NCBI RefSeq assembly: GCF_018350175.1
Contig: NC_058371.1
Coordinates: forward strand, 204,910,001-204,974,000
DNA from: Felis catus
Lineage: Eukaryota
Length of the DNA stretch: 64,000 nt
Direction of reading: 5' to 3'
Of this stretch, positions 44,951-57,700 are shown one piece after another. Made by a program: the position numbers and the translations under genes. The notes below the pieces were generated by a model, which saw nothing but the letters and a program-made list of their open reading frames with translations, ran no database searches and was not told the DNA's origin. Every line of letters starts with the position of its first letter. Positions within the stretch are counted from its first letter, which is position 1.

Positions 44951-45634
44951 GCCGGCAAAATAATAAACATGTGAAGAACTACGAGCCAATAAGAAGAAGG
45001 TGCTCAAAACACAATGATCAGGATACTGAAGAGCAGGGCTGCGGGGGCGGAGGAGTCCGGGACGAGGGAAAGGCCTTCCTCACCACCAAGGGCAGGAGCG
45101 AAAACCAGCCAGTTCCTCTGCACTCCTCCCAGAAAGGTGGAGACGGTGGCAGCCGTTAGTGTCTGGGGTTGTCACAAACGGGCAACACGGAGAAATCTAC
45201 CCGCTGGCGGACGTGGACGTTTTTACTTCTGCGCAGACTTACTCTTGTCCAGGATTATCTTCCAAGGTGAACATGGCACATCTCAGGCCGAGCAGTGTCA
45301 TTCCCGCGGGCGTGTGTACCCGTGGCACTCAAACCCGTGGATCGGAGCTCCTGCAGGGATTTCACACAGCAGCCGAGGTCTGGCACCAGTGCGCCAGCCC
45401 GTTAGCAGCAGAGACAAGGCACCGTGACAGCTGCAGTAGGACAGCCGTTTCTGTGCGAGTGTGCACCAGCAACAAGGAGGCCCACGAGTGGAGCTCAAAA
45501 TAAAACAGGTTTAGAAGGCGGTCACCAAATAACGTGCAGCTGGCCCATTTCTGTGCCTGGTTTGACGGGGTTCCTGTAACAGCCCCACAAGCTGGGTGGC
45601 TTTGACAGCAGACGGTTGTTCTCCAGGGAGAGAA

Positions 45635-45945
45635 TTCGCGTGTCAAAACTCCAACCCCCATGGGTTGGTATTTGGAGGCAGGGCCTCTGAGGGTGAATCA
45701 CCTGGGATGGGGTTAAGTGCCCTTATAGACACCGGGCAGCGTGCTTGCACTCTGTCTCCTGCCACGTAGGGAGTCACAGTGGGAAGGCCACAGTCTGCAT
45801 GTCAGGAAGAGAGCCTTCACCAGGACCTGACCGTGTGGCCCCCGGTCTTGGACCTCCAGCCTCCAGAACCATGAAAAGTCAAGTGTGCTGTTGGAGCCCC
45901 CGAGCCCGTGGTGTTGTGCTACGGCGCCTGAGCCGACCGAGGCAG
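45635..45945 (+). mobile_element. MaLR (MLT1A/MST-like) LTR
   Basis: ggtatttggaggcagggcct...gtgcccttata...tcttggacctccagcctccagaaccatga. Confidence 0.75.
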
Positions 45946-47649
45946 CAGGGGGGGAAGGGGAGAGAGACAGCCTGTGGACCCGAAGCTATCCCCAGGAGCA
46001 TGGACGTGGAGCGCGCCCCCCAGATCCTCGGGGGGCACCCTGTTCCAGGAAGAGACTGTTTCAGCGTAGAAGCTGGCGACTATTTTGGAAGGTGTTCCAA
46101 GAGGCTGGGGGCAAGGTTGGTGGAAGCGTGTGTCTGCCACGTTCACAGACAGGCTGTGTCAGAGAGCACAGTTGTGGCTCTGCAGACCCGGACACACGCG
46201 ATTTCCTTTCTCACAGTGTTGCCCCCGCCCTCCACTTTGTCACGAACGGAGAGAGATATAGCCTTCAGTCCTGTTTCCTGAGAAGTCAGCGGTAGTCTGG
46301 ATCCCGTGGAGCGGTCTTCCGTAGAAATCTCCGCCTTCTCACAGGCACGTGGGTCATAGTCAGGTCTGTTCTGGGGCCTGGCTCTCTGGCCCGGCCCTCA
46401 CCTATGACCTGCCACCTGGCTGAGGGCCGGTTTGGGGAGCTGGGTGGGCTGAAGCCAGAACGGGGGGGACGAGGAGACCAGGAGAGGACCAGGGCCTGTG
46501 AGCCCTTTGTTTCCTCTGCTGGGGCGCCTTCCTGCCGCCCCAGGCCTGCCCCTCCCGGGCACTCAGTCCTGGCTCCCTCCGACCACAGGTGGCACCAAGA
46601 CACAAACCGGCATTTCCAGGCTATTTTTCAGTTTGTTGTCGGTCCCCCCCAGAACTCAGCTCCAGGAGGGCAGACATGCCAGCCCAGTGCTTGGGGTGTG
46701 CAGCGGGTGCTCTGTGAAGTTTCTGGACAAATGAAGCCCCCTCCTGGGATTGAGGGCCGGCATCCTCTACCTTCTCGGGACCCCGACTCTGGCACTGCCC
46801 TCCCTCTCCCTCTGCTGTCTGCACCTGGACCCCCTCAGCCAACCAGGGCAGTGTAACCCTCTCTGTCCCTCCCTCCACAAGCCCTGCACACATCCAGCCG
46901 TTTCCTTCGTAGCATTTGTGGTCACTATGCCCTCTCCTGGGACATTATTCTCCCCCGGCTGTGTCCCCCACCCTGTTTTTCTGCTCCTCTGGGACCCTGG
47001 GGCTCTACTCTTCCCTACACCCCTGGCCAGTCCCTCCCTGCAGCTCATTCTTATCCTGCCCGGGTGGGTGCCTGGCTGGAGAACCGCCCAGGAAGGCACG
47101 GTGCGGACCAGGTGGGCCCCCCAAGAAGCCCCTTGGCCCACAGCTGCCAGCTCGGCCGTGGGCATTGCAGTCTGCCGTCAGGCCCACAGAAGAAGGACCC
47201 CGGAGTGCTGGCAGGAAATGGGGTCAGGGCGACCTTCATGGTCACATCCCCTACACGTCCCCAGCGCCACCTGGACAAAACAAAGCTGTGCGTGCTGGGG
47301 ACGCCCCTTCGTAGCCAGCCTTCCGGGCAGGGCTGGCGGGTGGAACTCATTCCTTTCCCTGGGAGTGCGGTAGGGGCGGGTCTTTCCTACCAGGAAGGAG
47401 TCCAGGAGGCCTCTGAGCGGTCACGAAAGCTCCCCCACCAACGGGAGCAAGAGGCCAGGGCCCAGAGGGAGGGATGCTGGCCCCTCAGGCTTCCCACTGG
47501 GGAGCTGATGGGAGGGGGCGCCATCTGCGAACAGGCAGGGCAGCAACGTCAGCATGGGGAGGGGGTCGTGCAGGCAGTGGCTATTGCTGGCCCGGACCCT
47601 CATGAGGTCCCCATCTGAGCTGAGGGCAGGGGCAGGGGCCGGGGCCTGT

Positions 47650-48700
47650 GGGTACTCCGGGTGAGGCAGGGCCCACGCGTGCGAAGACACAGCGAACGGG
47701 GTCGTCCACGCACGGCTGGCGGAGACACCCAGGGGAAGAAGGCCTTGGTTCCCAACCCCACCCTCGGGCCCCTGAGCACTGCCGCGCGCTCGCCCGGCCG
47801 CCCCGCGCAACTGCGAACCACTGGCTGGATCCGGGTGTCGCGTGGGAGGTGTCCGCCTGCGCAGGCGCGGGTCCGGGCGCCGCAGGTGCAAAAGCCTCGC
47901 GTCGGCGTCGTGGGGAGGCTGCGTGCGTGGAACCCGGTCCCGGCTCGGGCGCAGGCCGGAGCCCAGCCCCAGCCCCTTGCCCTCCGGGCCTCCCCACGCG
48001 GTCCCCGCTCCACCCGGGCTCGGACCCTGCCCCGGAGGCCGTCCAGCTCCCCTCTCCCGTCTCCGCCCCGCCCCGCCCCGCGGGCCCCACCTCCCGGCTC
48101 CGCCTCTCCAAGCCCCGCCCCAGCAGGCCCACCGCCCCACCCATCCCCAGTCCCGGGCCCCGCCCCCGCCGACTCGGCCCCGCCTCCCGGGCTCGCGCTT
48201 GCGCGGTGGCTGCGGGCGCAGTCGGAAGACCGGCTCGGACGGCGAGGTCGGCGGGGAGGTGGCGGCCCCTCTCGCCCGCAGCTCGGACCCGGCTCTCGCC
48301 CGCCGCCGGGGGTCGGGCCGCCCTGGGCAAGGATGGCGGCGGCGGCCGAGCCCCGGGCTCGCGCCTGGCTCGGCGGCAGCTCGCCGCGCCCGGGCAGCCC
48401 GGCCTCCAGCCCGGAGCTAGGCGGCAGAGGCCGCGCGCGGCCGGGGCCGGGGCCGGGACCCGGGTCGGGGTCGGGCCCGGAGCGGGCGGGCGCCAGGCCC
48501 CCAGGCCCCGCCGCGACTGGCCACAGCTTCCGGAAGGTGACGCTAACCAAGCCCACCTTCTGCCACCTCTGCTCCGACTTCATCTGGGGGTTGGCCGGCT
48601 TCCTGTGCGACGGTGAGCGCCCGCGACCCCATCACAGACCCCAGTCCCCCTCCTCACCGCCCCCCCCCCCCGCCCCGGGCCCAGAATGGGCTCCTCACCT
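47650..48700 (+). promoter_or_regulatory. DGKQ: DGKQ promoter CpG island
   Basis: Tandem GC boxes (ccccgccccgcccc), NRF1-like TGCGCAGGCGC at 47858-47868, no TATA box. Confidence 0.8.
48333..48612 (+). CDS. DGKQ: DGKQ exon 1
   Basis: [12 protein letters not shown]...[31 protein letters not shown]; donor G/GTGAG. Confidence 0.95.
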
Positions 48701-51700
48701 CTGACCTGTGTATTCCCAGCGATAGCCTCTTCTGGACAGAGCCGCCTACCCTACGGGGCAGGATCTTGCTGGCCCCAGAACCTCTCCATGGAGGTGATAA
48801 GGACTGGCAGTTCCAGGGGCTCGGGAGTGTCAGGTGGTCGCCGCCCCTTCCCCAGGGCTGTGGGTCTCAGGAAAATTGTGCTCCCTGGGCTTTCTCACTT
48901 GGGTTGGGATTCAATGGGAGAAGAGCACTGTGGGCTACGTGGGGCAGGTGCAGTGACTGGGGGATGAGGCCAGTTCACCCTGAGCAGGTGGGGCTGCTCT
49001 GGGCTCCTCACTGCCATCAGCTGGGGCAGCAAGGGCAGCAGTGTGGACAGGCAAGGCTGATCTGGGCCACTGGCTCCTGTGCCTCAGTGCTGGGCCTTTC
49101 TTGCCCTGCATACACACTGCTGCCCACAGGGGCCAAGTGCAGCATGCCCCAACAGGACTCCCACCTAGCTGCCAAGCTGGCTGGCTGGGCGAGGCGGCCC
49201 TCCCTCCTCTGACTCTCGGGCAGCAAGGGTGCAACCTTCCAGGGTCTGTTCTCTCGGGGTCCTGCTCCTCGCGGCAGGGCAGGTGGGCGGGCCCTGAGGA
49301 CCACAGCTGCCCAGGGGTGTGGAGAGTGGCAGGTGGAGAGCCTTTGCTCCACTCAGGAAGACAGGCTTCTGGGGCTTCTGGCTCTGGGGACAGAGGGACC
49401 GCTTAAGGTTTACAGAGAAGGCTCGACCAGGTGGAGGCGGCTGGGCCTTCTGCCAAAGAAAATGGCATGTTTGTCCTGATCCCCCAGTGCTGCACCAGGT
49501 GGCCTGGCCAGCTGGCATGGGGGGAGTCACCGCTGGTTTCTCTCATATCAGAGACATTTAGCGCCCTACCTTCTCCCATGCCAGAGACTTGCCGAGGTGG
49601 GAGACCTGCATGTGCAGCTGAGTCAGCTCCAGGTCTGAGGCTAGACCCAGGGTCCCCCTCATGGCTGTGGCCTCTCATAAGTGGGGCCCTGGGAATAAGG
49701 GGTGAAGCAGCTCGGGGAAAGAAGCGGGGCTTGGGGACGATGTGAAGCCTTCACTGGGCAGCCGCGTGGACGTTCTCCCCGCCTCTGTGGAGAACGGGCT
49801 GGTATTTTGGGTAAGCAGAGGGACCAGATGAGGGTGTGGGAGGAAGAGCCTCCTCCCCTGCCAGGGAGCACCCAGGATGTGGGATGTGGGGTGATCAGGT
49901 GCTATCTCTGCCGGCCAGAGGAGGGGGCTGGGTGCCACTTGCCCAGCCCAGGACAGAGCTGGTCTGCGCGCCCCGGAGGGGAAGCCAGCTGGAGTGCTCA
50001 CCCCGCCTCTGCCTCCCCACTCCTCTCTGACCCCAGCCTGCTGTGGCTTTTCTGAAGCCAGGACTGAGGGCTGCCCTTGCTGGCCCGTGGGGGGCCTTGT
50101 CTGCGTCCTTCTGGGGATTGGGTGGGACGGGTTGTCTCATGGTCCCTGTGGTCACACTTTTCACTAAAGGTGGTGTTGGGGAGTCCCTCTGCCACCTGAT
50201 CACTTCCCAGCCCCCAACAACCTTGTCCATCCTGTCCTAGCCCAGGGGGCCCAGCCCCGCCCCACCCCCTCACCGCTGCATGCCAGAGGCCGCTTTCTCT
50301 TGCACTGCCCCCTCACCCTGTCCATCTCCGGGCCTTAATCTGGCTGGGCTCTCTGGGCCTCCTGTCTTAGTGGCCTCCGTGGCTTCCCCAGGATGGGTGG
50401 CCCTCGGGGCACAGCACAGGTCTGAGCACTCACTGCCTTTGGAGCCTCTGGGCAGGGGCAAGGGCAGCTGTGGCTCCGCTGGTCACCCGCCTGCCTCGGG
50501 CTCCTGGCCCGTCACAGGGCTAGCTCTGGTCTCAGCAGACACACGACGGGTGGGAGGGGGAGTTAGGGATATTTAGAATTGGGGGTGGGGGAAGGATGTC
50601 CTTGGTGAAGCTGGTCTGGGGGGATGTGCAGAGACGCCCGCTCTCCTGCCTGCCCCTCGGGAGCCACACATTGGAAGGAGAGCTGGCCTGGTGCAAGGGG
50701 CAGGGGCCACTCTCAGGATTCTAAGACACGCCATCATCCCGGCTCTGGGCTCTCTGGGGATGAGAGGTGGGGTGGGGCAGAGGGTCAGGGTGTCCATGGC
50801 GCTTCTGGGGGTGAGGCTGTTGTCATGCCCCCGAGACAGTGGAGATGGTGGGACCTGCTTGCGCCATCGTTCAGGGCTGGGCTAGAGCTGGGGCGTGGGC
50901 TGCGATGACTCAGCCCGTACCGACCCCCCTTCAGCTCCAGCAGAGTGGGCCTGTTGCGGTCGGTGCACTGCCCTGTCCCTCGGTGGTTCTGCTTGCCAAG
51001 GCCTCCCTTTTGCATGCCAGGCCCTGGGGTCTCTCAATTCCCGGTGGGTCGGGGGCCGACTCACGCAGCTCTCATCCCACAGTCTGCAACTTTATGTCCC
51101 ACGAGAAGTGCCTGAAGCACGTGAAGACGCCCTGTTCGAGCGTGGCGCCCAGCCTGGTCCGAGTGCGTACGAGTGTGGGCTAGCAGACTTGCGGGGAGCG
51201 GGGGTGGCAGCCTGGGGAGGCCGCGGGTGGCGGGTCCTGGGCCGGGAGGCAGGCTGGCTGGTTGGATGGGGTGGGACTGTTCCTTTGCGCTGGTTTGGGC
51301 CCCGAGGATGCTGACCGCATCCCTGTTGCGAGTCCTTCCCGGGGCACCAGCCGGGCCTCACTTCCCGCCGGCTGTGACCCTCCGCCCTGCCCCCCACCTG
51401 AGGTCCCTGGCACCCGGCCCTGCTCCTCCTGCCTGTTGGTGGGCCTCTGTCCGCATGCACTTCATCCCAGTTGCCCCAAATATATCATGGGGGTGGGGGA
51501 ACAGGCCTGGAGGAAGCAGCCAGGGCCCAGGCTTCCTGCGCAGTACAGCTGAATCAGGCCTGGGCCGGACCAGCAGGGCTGCTCTCTGCAGACGGGGCTG
51601 CCTGACCTCGGGGCCGCTGGGAGCGGCCCACGCTTGGTCCTGCAAGGACCATGGGGGGAGCGGAGAGGTGGGCATGCCGGGCAATGGGTTCCAACAGGAC

Positions 51701-54700
51701 CCCTGGGGGGCACAGAGGGGCTGGGGCGGATCTGGGGGGACTGCAGGGGTCAGGCAGGTGGTGTGGGTGGCCATGGGGGCTCTCTGGGATGCAGAGGTCT
51801 AGGCCTGGGGGCCTGGATTGGAGGTGAGGGTGCTGGCGGGCAGGCCCCAGGCTGAGGTGGAGCTCTGCTCCCTCTAGGTCCCTGTGGCCCACTGCTTCGG
51901 CCTGCGGGGGCTCTACAAGCGCAAGTTCTGCGCCGTGTGCCGTAAGGGCCTGGAGGTACCCGCCCTCCGCTGCGAAGGTACGGCGGAGCCTGCCTGGCTG
52001 CCCTCTCGACTGAGCCGGTCACTAGGCTCCTGATCTCCCCTGGGCCAGGTGGCTGGTGGAGGTGGTGGGCAGGAGGTGGGGCGGGGTCCTGGGCACTGAT
52101 GGTGGGGGGGAGGGGGCGGTGTTCGTGGATTCTAGAGCTGCCCTCACAGGAAGGCAGGTGCAGGGGGCCAGGCAGGGAGATACGAGGAGACACTGGTTCC
52201 AGTCGTCTGGGCGGGGGGGGGGGGGGGGGGGGGGGGGGGGTACGGCCCCTGCCCAGCAGTGAGGAAGCTTAAAGGAAGCGTATCCAGAGCATGTGGTCTG
52301 GATCCAGCCTTGTCAGAGATGCCCGCCAGCAGGGGGCAGGGCCCGTGGGGAGCGGCGAGAGGCCCTTAACCCTGCCCACCCCCCAGTGTGTGAGCTGCAC
52401 GTTCACCCCGACTGTGTGCCCTTCGCCTGCAGCGACTGCCGCCAGTGCCACCGGGACGGGCACCGGGACCACGTGAGTGTGCAGGGCCGGATCTCCCGAA
52501 CCTGGGGGCAGGCGAGGGGCGCGAGCTGGGGGCCGGCCGAGCCACTGACGGTCCCCTCCGCAGGACACGCACCACCACCACTGGCGGGAGGGGAACCTGC
52601 CCTCGGGTGCGCGCTGCGAGGTGTGCAGGAAGACGTGCGGCTCCTCCGACGTGCTGGCGGGCGTGCGCTGCGAGTGGTGCGGTGTGCAGGTGGGGTGCGG
52701 CGGGGGTCCTGAGGGGTGCGGTGGGCGGGGCCTGTGGGGCCGGGTTCTGGGGGATGTGGGGGTGTCTCCTTTCCATCCTCGCGCGTCTGCCTCGCGCTCG
52801 GTTGGGGGCGGGGGGACCCGTCTGGTCCGGGGGTGGCGCTGCCCGCCCGAGTGTCCAGCGCGGGCCCCTGCAGAATGGCTGAGGGCCGTCCGCGCCCCAC
52901 CCCCCAGGCCCACTCCGTCTGCTCCACCGCGCTCGCCCCCGAGTGCACGTTTGGGCGCTTGCACACCATGGTGCTGCCCCCCGCGTGCGTGCGTCTGCTG
53001 TCCCGCAACTTCAGTAAGATGCACTGCTTCCGCATCTCTGAGAGCCCGGCCCCCGAGCCAGGTGAGGGGGACGATGGCGCGGAAGGAAGCTCCCCCGCCA
53101 GCCTGGGCCGAGAGGTGCTGCCACCGGAGTCCAGTAAGTGCCTCTTAGCTGCTGCCTGCCCCCCCCCCCGCCCCCCGACCTCATGCCATCACCTGTCCTG
53201 TGCCCAGCCCCGTCCTGCCCCATTGCCATCCTGTCCCGCACTCCGGGGACTCATAAGCACTTCTTTCTGGCGCAGGCAAGCAGACCCTGAAGGTCTTTGA
53301 TGGGAACGATGCCCTGCAGCGAAACCACTTTCGAGTAATCACTGTCCCCCGCCTGGCCAGGAGCGAGGAGGTGCTGGTAAGAGCACCCCCCCCTCCCCCC
53401 AGCGGCCGCAGCAGGGCCCCTTCCCGGGAGTGCTTCTGGGCACACACCATGGCCCTGGCTCGTGTCCACATCTGGCCCCCCCCCCCCCCCCCCCCGCAGG
53501 AGGCAGCGCTGCGGGCTTACTACGTCGCCGAGGACCCTCGGGACTTTGAGCTGCAGGCGCTCCCCCAGCCTGTGCACGCCGCTGACACCGGGGCGCGGGG
53601 AAGACCCTGGAGCAGTGGGGTTGCAGAGGAGGAGGGCGGCCGGGGCCCGGGGGCCCGAGAGGCCGTGCCCGAGGCCTGCATCATCCGTGCTCTGCCCCGC
53701 ACCCAGGAGGTCCTGAAGATCTACCCTGCCTGGCTCAAGTGAGACCCAGGCCCGAGGCCCAGGTTCCGCCAGCGGGAGCTGGGAGGGGTGGGGGCCGTGG
53801 GACCCAGGCTCCTGAGCTTGTTCCCTGCAGGGTGGGTGTGGCCTACGTGTCCATCCGCGTGACCGCACAGAGCACCGCCCGGACTGTGGTGCTGGAGGTC
53901 CTGCCGCTGCTCGGTCGCCAGGTGCGTGCGCCCCGGCTGCCCCGTGTGAGTGTCCTGGGGGAGTGGGTGGTCCAGGCCTGAGGCCCCCAAACTCTGCCCC
54001 CCCTCCCCCCAACAGGCCGAGGGTCCTGAGAGCTTCCAGCTGGTGGAGGTGCTCATGGGTAGCAGGCAAGGTGAGTGATCGGCCTGCCGTCGCTGTCTCC
54101 ACCGACCGGCCGTTCGGGCGCCCCAAGGCCTGTTCGCAGAGGTGGGCCTGGTGCCTGGTGCTCACAGGCCTCGCCTCTCACCCTTGCAGTCCAGCGGACG
54201 GTGCTGGCGGATGAAGAGCCCTTGCTCCACCGGCTTCGTGACATCCGGCAGGTCATTGGGGGTGAATGCTGGTCCCCAAGGAGCTGCCAGGCTTTGGCCG
54301 TGGCCTCTACCTCATAGTGAGGGTCTGCCCCCAGGACACCATGTCCCTCCTGGCTGGCAGTGCCACCCCCCTGGGCCTGGTGGGTCTGTCCGCATCTTAA
54401 TGTCACCTGTTCTGGAAGGTGGGGCTTAGAGCCACAGACCCTGCCCTCTTCCCCCCCCTCCACCCCCCCCTCCCCCGGGGGAGTTGAGTGGCTTGTCCCA
54501 AGGAAGGAAGCCTGTGTGTTCTTCCTTTCCTTTTCTGTTTATCCTGTGGGATCTTTTCAAGGGCTTCTTTCCTGGATGAGGGGGGTGGAGGGGCTGGGCG
54601 CTGGTGCTGTCCCCTTGTGCTCCGGCTCAGCGTCCCGCCCCCTTCCTGCAGACGTCCCTACGGCAGATGAACCAGATGCGGTTCTACGTGGCTGAGAGCA

Positions 54701-57700
54701 GAGCTGTGGCCCCGCACATCCGCCTGTTTGTTGGTGGCCTGCCTCCTGGCCTGTCTGCCCAGGAGTATGGCAGCCTACTGGACGAGGCTGTGGCCACCAA
54801 AGGTGTGACTGCCCGGCCTGACCTGGGGCTACTGGCTGCTGGCAAACAGGGGTTCAGAGAGCAGGCCGTGGGGGCTGCTATGCGCCCCCCCCTCCCCTGC
54901 CACTTGCTGTCTGAGCGTTCGCCGAGCTGATTCCCATTCAGTGGGCCTCTGGTCTCACCTCGAGGGCCCAGACTGCTTACCTCTGCCAAGGGGTTTCTGA
55001 GACTCCTGAGCTCCAGCCTCTGCCTTTTCTGCCCTTGGCTCTGACTTGGGGAGGGACTCACTGGGAACCTGCCTGCGAGCGAAGTGGCAGCAGCATTGGC
55101 CTGAGGGGCAGGGGTGGGGCTGCCTGGGGTGGCCGTGCTGAGGTGGACGTGCCCGGGGGGCGGATGCACCCCGGGGGGCAGGGCGCTCCCCTGATGACAG
55201 CCTGTCTTTGCAGCTGGACTGGTGTCTGTGAGCCACGTCTACTCCTCCCAAGGTGAGCCGCCTCCGTGAGCCGTGGCCAGACTTGGCCAAAGGCCATTCC
55301 CTAGAGTTAGATGGAAAGGCCTGTCTTCGTTTTTGTGTTTCGCTTTGTTTAGAACCTGACCTTTTTCTTGGGGAACCACGGGCAAGGGAAACATGTGTTT
55401 GTTTTTTTCTCTGCCTCGGGGCTGTAACACTTTAGCTAAAACGTGACTGAGGTGCGGAGAACGTATTCTCCAAAACCTGTTCTGCCCTTCGGTTTGCACC
55501 TTCTTTTATGGAAACTTCAAATCTACCCAAAAGTGGGAGGATTCCTTACCACGAGCCCCATGTCCCTTCTGTGTGTCCTCAGTAGTATCATTGTTCTCCA
55601 TTCTTGCGGGTGCCCCCCCCCCCCGCCCCAAACCACAGGTCCCAGCAGGCTCAGTGGGCCAGGGATCAGAGTGTCCCCAGCCACTCCATCCCACCTCCTG
55701 GTGGCCTTACCTGCACCCACCTACTACGTCCTGTCTCTGAGCCTCGCCGTCTTTAAGGGCTCCACAGAAAGGTGGTCCTGGTCATGTGGATGCCATCAGA
55801 TGGCACAGCCAGGGTCCCTTCTGGCTGCGGGATAAGGTGAGGCTCTGGCCTGAGCTCACAGCGCATCTGCTACAGGTGCAGTGGTGCTGGACGTGACCTG
55901 CTTTGCAGAGGCGGAGCGACTGTACATGTTGGTCAGGGACACGGCTGTGCATGGCCGGCCGCTCACTGCCCTGGTGCTTCCAGATGTGTTGGTGAGTGGG
56001 TGCTCTGGGGGGACACCTGGGGAGGCGTGGCTCCCACCGCCGGTTTGTCCATCGTGCAGGGTGGTGGCCAAATTCACGCCAAGGGAGGAGCCTGAGGTCC
56101 AAGGATGAGAGGCCTGCGTGAGGACCACAGGACGCAGCGCCTTTGGCGGCTGCCTCCCATAGGCTGTGTGTGTGCAGACACCCTGCCAGGCCCTTGCCTT
56201 CTGTGGGGTCACTGGGCCCTGGCCCCACACCCCCTGCTTGGGAGGCCTGGGGACCCCTGCCATCACCCTGGGCCACCTCCGGCCAGTAGGTGGGACTCCC
56301 TGACTTTGGAGGCTGTGTCCAGAAGAGCGAGCTGGGGGTGAGCGCAGGGCCAGGGTGGGCATCACGCAGGGCAGGGCAGGGTGAGGGGCCGGAGCCCCAG
56401 GTCCCGCCCTACGCTCTGTGCCTTTGCAGTACCCTCTGGTCCACAGCCCTGCTGGTCCCCAGGATCCCACCAGAGGTTTGTGGCTGCTCTGTCCCTGAGC
56501 CCTAACTCCTGACCCCTGACCCGGTGAAGCAGAATTAGGGCAGAGTGACTTTGGTGTCTGTGACCGGATGGGTGACTGGTCCTGGCTGCCCTCTCCTACC
56601 CTGAGCTGGGTTGGAACCCGGTGCTGTCCCACTGTCCTGACGAGGGTGCAGCATGTGCAGGTCAGGGTCTCTGACAGCTGTCAGCCAGGCGGGAAGTGCC
56701 GACACACCTTCTGCCTCCCGGCAGCTGCCTGCTTTGGGGTGAGCGGGTGAGGGGTGACTGAGCAGCTCTGCCCTGTGGGTCACTCCAAGTATGTCCTGGC
56801 CTTCAGCCATGGCCAATCCTGTGCCTGTTACCCAGGACCTCCCACTGTGGGGACCCCAGACCCACTGCAGGGACCCCAGTGCCCTCACCATCCTCCTCAC
56901 TGTCGGGACCCTAGCCCCCTCATCCTCCCCATCGTGGGGACCCTAGCCCTTCATCCTCCCCGTTGTGGGGACCCTAGCCCCCCATATTCCCCATTGTGGG
57001 GACCTCAGCCCCCCTATCCTCCCCATCATGGGGACCTCAGCCCCCCCACCACTGTCTCCAGACACTGTATTTTGAGGGTGGTTTGTTGGGAGGTGGACTC
57101 CCCACACTGGGAGGCACGGGGCCACTCTGTGAACCCGGCTGCTGCTCTTGGCTGCCGTGTGGGTCGGTGGGGGCCCTGGGAGCTGCATTCCTCCTGGGGT
57201 GTGCACCTCATGGCTCCAGGGGGGGCAGATAGAGTCCCACGTGGGGGATCCAGCCTGGGCCTCTGGGCTACGTGGATCAGGCAGCGGGCATGGTCTGGGG
57301 ACAAGTGTCACAGTTGGTGTGGCGCCGCCTTTGTGCTCAGAGCTGCAGGCTGGCGGGCCTCATCTCTGTTCTGCTGGCCAGCGACTATGGGTGCCTCTGC
57401 CGCACGGGGTGCCCTGAGCAGTCAGCGGCAAGGTGGGAGTGGCCGTGTGGCCCCCTGGACCTCTGTGCGCCTTCCTTGGGAGGGGGCTGGCCCCGGATTG
57501 GAGGACTGTCACTGCCCGGACAGTGCCATGGGGGACACCAGGCACTGCCTTCGTGGGGTGGCCTTGGGAACCTGCCCTAACCCAGCGCCCCATCTGTCAG
57601 CACACGAACCTGCCCCCAGACTGCTGCCCCCTCCTCGTGTTTGTGAACCCCAAGAGTGGAGGCCTCAAGGGCCGCGACCTGCTCTGCAGTTTCCGGAAGC

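Noticed and set aside
47421-48332. Apparent 224-aa N-terminal extension of DGKQ and overlapping long ORFs
   Set aside because: Starts at a non-ATG codon within the CpG island; the orthologous start MAAAAEP is at 48333
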